A stretch of DNA of 64,000 nt from Candidatus Terraquivivens tengchongensis (GTDB taxonomy: Archaea > Thermoproteota > Nitrososphaeria_A > Caldarchaeales > Wolframiiraptoraceae), in assembly GCA_023261845.1 (NCBI GenBank), contig JALNJZ010000003.1, positions 64,001-128,000 of the forward strand, read 5' to 3'. The notes below the pieces were generated by a model that was given only the letters and a program-made list of their open reading frames with translations, made no database searches and was not told where the DNA came from. Below are positions 48,872 through 59,427 of this stretch, in pieces. The position numbers and the translations under genes were made by a program. Position 1 is the stretch's first letter, and each line of letters starts with the position of its first letter.

Positions 48872-49652
48872 CTTTGAGCACCTCCAGAGCCTCTTTGACC
48901 GTGTAGTCTTCGATTATTATGGCCCTGAGCGCCCTAGTTATCGCGAATGGGTTATCGTGCTGGAACACGTTCCTGCCTATTGCCGCACCGATAGCTCCGG
49001 CATCCATCGCCTCCCTTACCATCTTCAAAACTTCTAAGTCGCTTTCCGCTTTCGGCCCACCGGCTATGACTATAGGGACGGGACAACCATCCACGACCTT
49101 TCTAAATGTCTCTGGGCTGCCTATGTAGGGCGTCTTTACGATGTCTGCTCCAAGCTCAGCACCTATCCTCGCGACATGTGCGGCAACGTCGGGGTCGTTT
49201 GGATTCTTTATATTCTCACCCCTCGGATACATCATTGCTATGAACGGTACCTGCCATTCATCACACTCGTCAGCAAGCATTCCAAGCTTTCTCAACATCT
49301 TCGGCTCATCGCTGCATCCTATGTTGACATGAACGGAAACTGCGTCCGCCCCAAGCCTTAAAGCCTCTTCAACGCCCGAAACTCTCACTTTGAGGTTAGG
49401 CGATGGTCCTAAAGATGTGCTCGCAGAAACGTGCATTATGGTACCAACGTTCAAAGGTTTGGGCATAACCCTCAGTATGCCTTTGTGTGTCAAAACGGCC
49501 GTGGCTCCTCCGAGGCTAACCTTTTCTATCGTATCAAATATCTTGTCCAAGCCTTTAACCGGACCTATAGTAACTCCGTGGTCCATCGGTATGCATAACA
49601 TCCTTCCTTTTTCCGTTATCCTATTCAACCTGACCTGCTTTCCGAACACCAT
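48855..49652 (-). CDS. aroA': 2-amino-3,7-dideoxy-D-threo-hept-6-ulosonate synthase (AroA')
   Basis: PMDHG, HKG, AMMYPRG, ELGADIVKT, AGG and GRNVFQ; adjacent to aroB'. Confidence 0.92.
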   Translation of the reverse strand: MVFGKQVRLNRITEKGRMLCIPMDHGVTIGPVKGLDKIFDTIEKVSLGGATAVLTHKGILRVMPKPLNVGTIMHVSASTSLGPSPNLKVRVSGVEEALRLGADAVSVHVNIGCSDEPKMLRKLGMLADECDEWQVPFIAMMYPRGENIKNPNDPDVAAHVARIGAELGADIVKTPYIGSPETFRKVVDGCPVPIVIAGGPKAESDLEVLKMVREAMDAGAIGAAIGRNVFQHDNPFAITRALRAIIIEDYTVKEALEVLKDASAK

Positions 49653-49654
49653 GT

Positions 49655-50710
49655 CTACTCTATCCTCCCAGATGCATGTAGCAGCTCAGCCGTCAGTATC
49701 GCTATGCCGGCAGCACCCCTTATCGTGTTATGGCTAAGAACAAAGAACTTTAGAGCCCTCTCATCTTTTGCAGACCTTACCCTTCCAACGACCGCACTCA
49801 TGCCTGGAACGCTTCCAGCATATATGTCGAGCCTTGGTTGTGGTCTATCTTCCTCCTCCATCACGATTATCGGTCTCTCAGGAGCTGTAGGTAGCGCCAG
49901 CCTCTGTGGAAGGCCTTTGAATTCCGCTAGCACCCTTTTCGCATCTTCTACGCTCACAACTTTCTCTGTCTCGATGTAGACGGATTCTAAGTGTCCATCT
50001 ATCGTGGGAACTCTGGTACAACTAGCCTCGATGGCTATACGGGCTGACTCAATGGACCCGTCCTTAAACCTTCCCAGTATCTTCTGTGTTTCTTTTTCTA
50101 CCTTTCCCTCCTCGCCTGATATGTACGGTATAACGTTCCCGAGTATAGAAAGCGAAGGTACGCCTGGGAAGCCCGCACCCGAGACTGCCTGCATCGTAGT
50201 TACCACGACCTTCTTGAGACAATAAGCATCGTGCAATGGTTTAAGGGGCATGACTAGACCTACGGTTGTGCAGTTGGGCGTGGTTACTATGTACCCATCC
50301 CACTTCCTATTCTTTTTCTGAACATCTATTAACTCGATGTGCTCCGGGTTTATCTCCGGCACGATGAGCGGTACGTCTTTCTCCATCCTATGAGCAGAAG
50401 CATCGCTTACAACTGGGAAGCCTTCTTGCGCAAAAAGTGGTTCTGACTCATGAGCAGCTTCAGTAGGTAGCGGGGAGAACGCCAAGTCTGCATCAACATA
50501 TTTTGGCTCGTTCGGTACGACCTCCATATCCGCTACACTGGATGGAATATCGATCGGGTTCCCCCTCACTGCTTCTCCATACTTCTTACCGACAGATTCC
50601 TTCCCCGTTAGGCATGAGAGTTTGAACCATGGATGTCTCGAGAGTATGCTTACGTATCGTTGGCCGACCATTCCAGTGGCTCCTAACACGGCAACTTTAA
50701 TTTGTTTCAT
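49655..50710 (-). CDS. asd: Aspartate-semialdehyde dehydrogenase
   Basis: GATGMVGQ, PNCTT, QAVSGAG, RVP…GH and HNTIRGAAG. Confidence 0.96.
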   Translation of the reverse strand: MKQIKVAVLGATGMVGQRYVSILSRHPWFKLSCLTGKESVGKKYGEAVRGNPIDIPSSVADMEVVPNEPKYVDADLAFSPLPTEAAHESEPLFAQEGFPVVSDASAHRMEKDVPLIVPEINPEHIELIDVQKKNRKWDGYIVTTPNCTTVGLVMPLKPLHDAYCLKKVVVTTMQAVSGAGFPGVPSLSILGNVIPYISGEEGKVEKETQKILGRFKDGSIESARIAIEASCTRVPTIDGHLESVYIETEKVVSVEDAKRVLAEFKGLPQRLALPTAPERPIIVMEEEDRPQPRLDIYAGSVPGMSAVVGRVRSAKDERALKFFVLSHNTIRGAAGIAILTAELLHASGRIE

Positions 50711-51920
50711 TCAATTCCACCTCCAGATTTGCTTTTACAAGAGAGGCAGCTTTCTCCGCGTCTTTTGCGGACACGAATATCCTGATTGACGAACTTATAG
50801 TTACCAAACCGTAGATATTTATGCCACGCTGTGCGAGCGGTGCTACGACTTTATATATCAAGCCCGGACTCGTTTCGAGCATTCTACCGCTTACGCTTAT
50901 AGCAGACAGCCCCTCGAAAAAGCTTATGGCCTTACCCATGCCCGATTCCACAACCTCCTTATGCAGCTCATCTATTAGCTTGGTGTCCAAGTCCGTGTAA
51001 ATTATGATGGATTTTTCGCCGGTCGTTATATTGAGGATTTCACCGTTGTGCTTTTGAACAAACTCTACGACAGGTTTAACCATGGACGCACCGTCCGAGT
51101 TTCTTGAGAGTATCGTTATCATGGTTACTTTAGCCGGGTGTCTGCTGACTTCGAGCTTTGGAAGTGTGCCAATTATGACTGTTCCCGACTTCCCTAGACC
51201 TTCCATGCTAGATATTCTTAACTTGAGGTCCCCTGACAGATACCTCAACGCTTTCGAGTGAATGATCTTTGCACCACCTTCTGTTAAAAGTTTGGCCTCA
51301 TCTACGTCAAGCGTCTCTAGTATCTCGGCTTTGCTGACCTTATCCGGATCTCCCGAATATATGCCCTCAACATCTTTAATTAAGACAACTTCTGCAGCAT
51401 TTAGACAGCTGCCGAGCAATATGGCGGTCGTGTCACTGCCACCCCTGCCCAGCGTAGTTATCTTACCCGAAGTACTAACACCAATATATCCGCATACAAC
51501 AGGAACTTTGCCGGCCTCAATCAGTGGCAATAGTTTCTCTTTACATCTTTTCTCCGTCTCGTGATAGATGGGGTTTGCATCAAGATGTACATCGTCCGTT
51601 ATTATAGGCCAGTACTCGTTAGATGGGTCCACCAAGACAGCGTCGACACCAAACCTATTCAACGCAGCCGTGAAAAGTCTCGCGCTTGTCCTTTCACCCA
51701 TCGCCAAAATTTCGTCGAGCATGTCGGGTCGAATGTCCGGGTTAACATCTTTAGCTGTCTTCAACAGCTCATCAGTCATTCCCTTTAGCGCCGAGACCAC
51801 TACTACCAGTCCGTATTCCTTCAGCAGGTCCTTCACCCAGGACGCTGCCCTTTCAAGGGCTCTAGAGTCTTGGAGGACAGAGCCACCAAGCTTTACGACC
51901 ATTATATTTTTCATAGGCAC
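50697..51920 (-). CDS. lysC: Aspartate kinase with C-terminal ACT domains
   Basis: KLGGS, VVVSA, GE, TTLGRGGSDTTA and KDVEGIYSGDP. Confidence 0.94.
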   Translation of the reverse strand: MPMKNIMVVKLGGSVLQDSRALERAASWVKDLLKEYGLVVVVSALKGMTDELLKTAKDVNPDIRPDMLDEILAMGERTSARLFTAALNRFGVDAVLVDPSNEYWPIITDDVHLDANPIYHETEKRCKEKLLPLIEAGKVPVVCGYIGVSTSGKITTLGRGGSDTTAILLGSCLNAAEVVLIKDVEGIYSGDPDKVSKAEILETLDVDEAKLLTEGGAKIIHSKALRYLSGDLKLRISSMEGLGKSGTVIIGTLPKLEVSRHPAKVTMITILSRNSDGASMVKPVVEFVQKHNGEILNITTGEKSIIIYTDLDTKLIDELHKEVVESGMGKAISFFEGLSAISVSGRMLETSPGLIYKVVAPLAQRGINIYGLVTISSSIRIFVSAKDAEKAASLVKANLEVELNETN

Positions 51921-52085
51921 GACCTCCCTCCAAAGCTGTTAAAACACAGAAAGGAGAAGATGGCTTCAGAGAGAGGCGTCCGGCTCGCTATAGCGATAAT
52001 AGCGGTAGCCGGTCGTGAGGAAAAGGCGATCCCTCACGTTCGCCGCCTCTCTTTAGTAATTTGCATTCACGTTGGTTATTTAAAC
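51921..52085 (-). promoter_or_regulatory. Promoter and structured 5' leader of the lysC-asd-aro operon
   Basis: BRE/TATA GAAACGTTTAAATA ending at 52077; three-way junction AGAGAGGCG/CGCCTCTCT, CGTGAGG/CCTCACG, CCGGCT/AGCCGG; pyrimidine tract; SD GGAGGGAGGT. Confidence 0.7.
51966..52037 (-). CDS. Putative Tyr-rich leader peptide MRDRLFLTTGYRYYRYSEPDASL
   Basis: GTG 52037 preceded by SD-like GAGAGGCGG; 4 Tyr codons within 6 positions; TGA ends 46 nt before the lysC start. Not in the ORF track. Confidence 0.65.
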   Translation of the reverse strand: MRDRLFLTTGYRYYRYSEPDASL

Positions 52086-52179
52086 GTTTCGAACATACGG
52101 AAAATCCACGTCATTATAGCCATTATGTTGCCAGCTAAAACTTCTAAGCGTTTATATTTGAGGATACAACTAGGTGTAG

Positions 52180-52845
52180 TTGGTTTTAGAAAAGGAGGAT
52201 CAGCTAGCGTCCATGTCTAAAGGTAAGACGGGAAATTATGCTTGTGTCGTCCTTGTAAACGGAAGGGGTTACATGGGCGACAAGAAAGGTTTGGTGAAGA
52301 TAGCCGGGAGGCCCATGATCGAGTACGTCCTCGATAGCGTACCAGACGAGGTTACGGAATTGTTCGTATCGGTTGAGAACGAAATGCAGGCCGCAGCCTA
52401 CGGGCCTATATGCGAGAAGTACTTTGCTTCACTCATGAGACTGGAGAAAACTCAGTACCTGAACGAACATGAAAAGATAAAAGAGGTTCTGGAGAACGTT
52501 CCGGGTTCTAATATACTCGTCCTTCCTTGCGATATGCCGTGTATCACGTTAGAATTTACTTACTTCTTATTAGAGGCCTCTAAGAAATTCACAGCAGTAT
52601 TGCCTAGGATGCTGGATAATAACGTTGACTTCAGCTTAGCGTCCTATCAAGCCGAACCTTTTCTTGAGGCATTTAAAAAGTATCCTGAAATGCGCCTACC
52701 TGAGCTCATTAAGAAACTTAGGAATGTGCTTTATGTATCAACTAATGCCCTAAGGATGTTTGACAGCAAGCTTAGTATTCTATACAGGGTATCTTCTGCG
52801 GCGGACGTACCAAAAGTGGAGAACATACTCCGCAACAGGTTATAA
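52180..52845 (+). CDS. MobA-like NTP transferase (divergent)
   Basis: MGDKKGL…GRPMIEYV and LPCDMP; the canonical LAGG loop is replaced by LVNG. Confidence 0.7.
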   Translation: MVLEKEDQLASMSKGKTGNYACVVLVNGRGYMGDKKGLVKIAGRPMIEYVLDSVPDEVTELFVSVENEMQAAAYGPICEKYFASLMRLEKTQYLNEHEKIKEVLENVPGSNILVLPCDMPCITLEFTYFLLEASKKFTAVLPRMLDNNVDFSLASYQAEPFLEAFKKYPEMRLPELIKKLRNVLYVSTNALRMFDSKLSILYRVSSAADVPKVENILRNRL

Positions 52846-52865
52846 GAGTTTTATGCGTTTAGGGC

Positions 52866-53918
52866 ATGTGCTGGAGTTGCGGTATGAAGGTAACCTATGG
52901 TAAGTTACCAAAAGAAGTGTTAGAAAAAACAGTCTTCAGGTGGCTAGGTGCGAGGAGAAAGGACGTCTTACTATGGCCGGCATACGGTGAGGATGCTGCC
53001 GTCGTCAATGCACCCGAGAGGTGTCTGGTTGTAACATGCGACCCCATCACAGGTTCGAGGAAGTTAATCGGATGGTTGGCGGTTCACATAAATGCTAACG
53101 ACGTAGCGGTTTGTGGTGCAAAGCCCGCTTGGTTCTCGTCTTGCATACTACTGCCCGAAGATGATGAAGCTCTTTTCGCATCCATAGTCAAGCAGATTCA
53201 TAAGGCAGCATCAGAGCTTCATGTCTCCGTCATCACAGGCCACTCCGAGGTTGCGCTTTACGTATCCGAACCGATAATAATCGGCACGATGATAGGTGTG
53301 CTTGAAGGTAATAAATATTACAGGACCGGAGGCGCGAAGCCTGGCGATAAGATACTCATGACGAAGACTGCGGCCATAGAGGGAACGGCGATACTTGCGA
53401 CGGACTTATCAGAAGTACTTAGCTCGAAGGTAGACAAACCTTTACTCAAAAGAGCCTCTGCTTTTTACAGGAAGATAAGTGTCGTAGATGAGGCTTTAAG
53501 GATAGCGTCAACGGGCCTTGCTACGGCGATGCACGACCCAACTGAAGGAGGCTTGTTGGGTGGGCTTTACGAAATGGCCGAAGCGTCCGGGACAGGGTTT
53601 GTTGTTTATGAGGACACGATACCGATTGCAAAGGAAACTAGGATAATTTGTGAGACACTCGGTTGCGACCCTTTAAAGCTGATAAGCTCGGGCACACTAA
53701 TAGCATCTGTTAGGGGCGATTATAAAAAGCTCATTACCGCTCTTAAAAGGGCGGGTGTAAAAGCTACGATTATAGGTGAAGTGGTGCCCAAAAAGAATGG
53801 AAGGAAATTGATAAGGTCTGAAGGCAACGTCGAGAACATAAAGTCGACAATTACGGACGAGTTATGGCGAATATTGTCAGAATACCCTCCTTCAAGTACG
53901 AGTAGATTAGCCGTATGA
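52866..53918 (+). CDS. AIR synthase/HypE-like (PurM family) protein
   Basis: GEDAAV, DPIT, NANDV, TGHSE, MHDPTEGG and LISSG. Confidence 0.88.
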   Translation: MCWSCGMKVTYGKLPKEVLEKTVFRWLGARRKDVLLWPAYGEDAAVVNAPERCLVVTCDPITGSRKLIGWLAVHINANDVAVCGAKPAWFSSCILLPEDDEALFASIVKQIHKAASELHVSVITGHSEVALYVSEPIIIGTMIGVLEGNKYYRTGGAKPGDKILMTKTAAIEGTAILATDLSEVLSSKVDKPLLKRASAFYRKISVVDEALRIASTGLATAMHDPTEGGLLGGLYEMAEASGTGFVVYEDTIPIAKETRIICETLGCDPLKLISSGTLIASVRGDYKKLITALKRAGVKATIIGEVVPKKNGRKLIRSEGNVENIKSTITDELWRILSEYPPSSTSRLAV

Positions 53919-53945
53919 AATAACAATAGTTTAAATATGCGGTAG

Positions 53946-55421
53946 TTGAATCAAAGCTTTGGTATGAACAATATACCGCTAAAGAAGTTAGATGAAAACG
54001 TATGGGTTATAGACAAGAACTTCAAACAAGGTATGAGAGTACCTGTTACGATTTTCGCATCTGAAAAACTGCTCCAAAAAATGACGCAAGACAGAACGCT
54101 TGAGCAAGGTGCAAACGTTGCTATGCTTCCAGGCATATACAAAGCCAGCATAGTACTCCCCGACGCACACGAAGGATACGGATTTCCTATAGGAGGTGTG
54201 GCCGCCATGGATGCAACCGATGGTGTCATATCTCCGGGAGGTGTGGGATACGACATCAATTGCGGCGTTAGGCTAATGGTAACAAACCTTACCGTAAAGG
54301 ACGTTATGCCCAAGCTAAAGGAGCTAGTAGATACGATCTTCAGGAATATTCCTGCAGGTCTTGGAAGCAGGCGGAAGGACTTTAGGGTGAGCCCTTCAGA
54401 CCTTGATAGGATAGCAATAGAGGGCGCGCGTTATGTTATAGAAAGGTATGGCCTCGGGTGGAACGAGGACATAAAGCACATAGAGGAGGAGGGCGCTTTA
54501 GAAGGAGCGGACCCTTCAAAAGTCTCACCAACCGCTAGGAGTAGGGGCGAGTCCCAGATAGGTACACTCGGCAGCGGTAATCACTTCCTTGAAATACAGA
54601 GGGTTGACAAAATATTCAACCGCGAAGCTGCGAAGATCATGGGAATAAATCACGAGAATCAGATAACGGTCTTGGTCCATACAGGCAGTAGGGGTTATGG
54701 CCACCAAATATGTAGCGATTACCTAAAGGTCATGGAAAGGGCGGCCCACAAATATGGAATCAGGCTACCTGACAGGGAGCTTGCGTGCGCACCTGCCAAC
54801 ACGCCCGAGGCTGATCAGTACCTTAAAGCATTCACATGCGCAGTTAACTTCGCGTTCGCAAACAGGCAAGCAATTAGCCACTGGGTTAGACAGAGCTTCG
54901 AGGAGGTGTTCAAACAACCAGCAGAATCCCTTGGAATGAAGCTCGTGTACGATGTAGCCCATAACATCGTGAAGCTCGAGAAGCATATGGTAAACGGTGA
55001 GACAAAGGATGTTTACGTTCACCGAAAAGGAGCGACGAGGAGCTTCCCCGCTGGACATCCGCTCGTGCCTAGCGATTACAGAAGCATAGGACAGCCCGTA
55101 ATAATTCCTGGCTCGATGGGAACAGCAAGCTGGCTTTTGCTAGGGAATCCAAAGGCTATGGAACTGAGCTTCGGTAGCACGGCTCACGGAGCTGGAAGAG
55201 AAATGAGCAGGGCAGGAGCAAAAAGGCGTTATACGGGTCTAACTGTTATAAAAGAGATGGAAAACAAAGGCATAATCGTCAGGAGCGACAGTACGGAGAC
55301 GTTGATAGAAGAGGCCGACGAAGCATACAAGAACGTTGACGAGGTGGTTGAGGTAAGCCATGCAGTAGGGATAGCGACAAAAGTGGCCAGATTTGTTCCT
55401 ATAGGCGTAATTAAAGGTTAA
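53946..55421 (+). CDS. rtcB: RNA-splicing ligase RtcB
   Basis: LPDAHEGYGFPIGG, GYDINCG, GSGNHFLE, HTGSRG, HRKGATR, PGSMG and HGAGR. Confidence 0.97.
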   Translation: MNQSFGMNNIPLKKLDENVWVIDKNFKQGMRVPVTIFASEKLLQKMTQDRTLEQGANVAMLPGIYKASIVLPDAHEGYGFPIGGVAAMDATDGVISPGGVGYDINCGVRLMVTNLTVKDVMPKLKELVDTIFRNIPAGLGSRRKDFRVSPSDLDRIAIEGARYVIERYGLGWNEDIKHIEEEGALEGADPSKVSPTARSRGESQIGTLGSGNHFLEIQRVDKIFNREAAKIMGINHENQITVLVHTGSRGYGHQICSDYLKVMERAAHKYGIRLPDRELACAPANTPEADQYLKAFTCAVNFAFANRQAISHWVRQSFEEVFKQPAESLGMKLVYDVAHNIVKLEKHMVNGETKDVYVHRKGATRSFPAGHPLVPSDYRSIGQPVIIPGSMGTASWLLLGNPKAMELSFGSTAHGAGREMSRAGAKRRYTGLTVIKEMENKGIIVRSDSTETLIEEADEAYKNVDEVVEVSHAVGIATKVARFVPIGVIKG

Positions 55422-55447
55422 ATCAATAAAGGGTTTAAATTTATTAA

Positions 55448-57658
<2,211 letters not shown>

Positions 57659-57659
57659 A

Positions 57660-58622
57660 TTAGACTTTCTCCTTTATCCTTTTAATAACGCTGGTAAGGA
57701 CTGGCAAAACTTTGTACAGGTCGCCTATTATGCTGTAGTCAGCCTCTTTATGCATCGGAGCGTTTGGGTCAGTGTTTATGCATACGACGGTTTTTGAATC
57801 CCTCATGCCTACCACGTGTTGTATCTGGCCCGACACGCCGACCGCCACATAGAGCTTAGGCTTTACGCGCTTCCCAGAAAGTCCTATGTGCCTATCCTCA
57901 GGAAGCCACTTTAGGTCTCCGGATATCGGTCTAGTGCAGCCAAGCTCGGCCCCTAACACCTTCGCAAACTCTTCCACCAGCTTCAAGTCATCCTTTCTTT
58001 TTAGACCTCTTCCTACGGCAACCACGACTTCTGCATCCTCAAGCCTCACGCCGCTCTTCTCAACGGCTCGGAACCCAACCTTCGACATTTTCCCTTGTAC
58101 TGCAAACTCTAATTTCTCCAACTCTCCCTTGCCTTTTGATGTGGTTGCTTGAAACCTGTGAGGCAGTATTGTGATCACGGCAGGGTAGCTTTCAAAAATC
58201 TGTCTCGCAAGAAACCCGCCACCCATCACGAACCTCGTAACTTCAACTTGCGAATCTTTAAGCGAGACATCTAAACATTCCGATGCGCATCCTGTGCGCA
58301 GGCTTTGTGCAACATAGGCGGCAACCTCCTTTCCTACCTTCGTCGCCGCAATCAACACTATCCTCGGCGATGTTCTTGAAACAACATGCGATACTGCTTC
58401 TGCAATCGCATCCGGTCCATCTTTTCGCGAATCGACTTCCGAAATTACAAAGAGCTTATCGGCACCATGCTCTGTAAATTTGGCAACTCTGTCGCCCCCG
58501 TCACCTAAAATTATCGCCCCCGTCCAGGAACCTAGCTGATTAGATAACTGTTTAGCCAAGGCAAGAAGTTCAAACGCAAGACCGTCTTCCTCAGAGAAGA
58601 CGAGAACAGCTTTCTCCGTCAT
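57660..58622 (-). CDS. etfA: Electron transfer flavoprotein alpha subunit
   Basis: VAVGRG, GCTRP, IGLSG, GVSGQIQH and INTDPNAP. Confidence 0.94.
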   Translation of the reverse strand: MTEKAVLVFSEEDGLAFELLALAKQLSNQLGSWTGAIILGDGGDRVAKFTEHGADKLFVISEVDSRKDGPDAIAEAVSHVVSRTSPRIVLIAATKVGKEVAAYVAQSLRTGCASECLDVSLKDSQVEVTRFVMGGGFLARQIFESYPAVITILPHRFQATTSKGKGELEKLEFAVQGKMSKVGFRAVEKSGVRLEDAEVVVAVGRGLKRKDDLKLVEEFAKVLGAELGCTRPISGDLKWLPEDRHIGLSGKRVKPKLYVAVGVSGQIQHVVGMRDSKTVVCINTDPNAPMHKEADYSIIGDLYKVLPVLTSVIKRIKEKV

Positions 58623-59392
58623 CCCTTTATGACACCTTCCTTCAGCAGATTCATGACCAGTTTTTCGGATACTTCTTCGGGACTGCCCTCTATCACCACG
58701 TTTTTCCTCACACTCTTAACGACACTCATTTCTACCGTTCTTAAAGCTGGCTTAACAGTAATACCCAAATCCTTCAGGCTCCAAGTTGTTATGGGTTTTT
58801 TGGATGATGCCTTTATCATAAGTAGGCTCGGAATCCTTGGTGTGTTTATTTCTAAGCCCACAGTTAATAGGACGGGCAATGACACTTCGTAAGTCTCCAC
58901 AACGTCTTCTAATGTTCTCTCGACCAAAACCTTGCCTGATTTCAGCTCCAGCTTCGTCACATGAGCAAGAAAGGGTATGCCGAGCTCCCTGGCTAACCTA
59001 GGGCCCGTCTGATATCCCGCCTCGTCGGACGACGCCTCTCCGCATAGGATAATATCCCACCCCTTTATCCTTCTAGCCGCCTCTGCCAGGACAATGGCCG
59101 TAGCTAAACCATCAAAACCTTCCATGGCAGGATCGGAGACCACATAAGCTTCGTCGGCACCCATCGCGAGCGCCTCCCTTACCAACATCGTTTTAACATC
59201 GGAACCGATGCTTAGAACTGTGACTTTACCACCGTGCTTTTCTTTTAACCTTATGGCCTCTTCCAATGCGTTCAAGTCAAATTCGCTGATCTTCTTTGGT
59301 GCACGCTGTATGGCTTCTTGGATTGACCCGTTCGATATTCTAAGCTGGTTTACGTCTACGACTTGCTTCACACATACGAGGACGTTAACCAT
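58619..59392 (-). CDS. etfB: Electron transfer flavoprotein beta subunit
   Basis: VCVKQV, DLNALEEA, ALAMGAD and INTPRIPS. Confidence 0.94.
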   Translation of the reverse strand: MVNVLVCVKQVVDVNQLRISNGSIQEAIQRAPKKISEFDLNALEEAIRLKEKHGGKVTVLSIGSDVKTMLVREALAMGADEAYVVSDPAMEGFDGLATAIVLAEAARRIKGWDIILCGEASSDEAGYQTGPRLARELGIPFLAHVTKLELKSGKVLVERTLEDVVETYEVSLPVLLTVGLEINTPRIPSLLMIKASSKKPITTWSLKDLGITVKPALRTVEMSVVKSVRKNVVIEGSPEEVSEKLVMNLLKEGVIKG

Positions 59393-59427
59393 GTATTATC
59401 GCAAAGAATTGACGTATGCTGATATTT

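Noticed and set aside
52034-52066. Second tiny ORF MQITKERRRT overlapping the leader GTG (GTGA overlap)
   Set aside because: Its ATG lies only about 11 nt after the TATA box, probably upstream of the transcription start.
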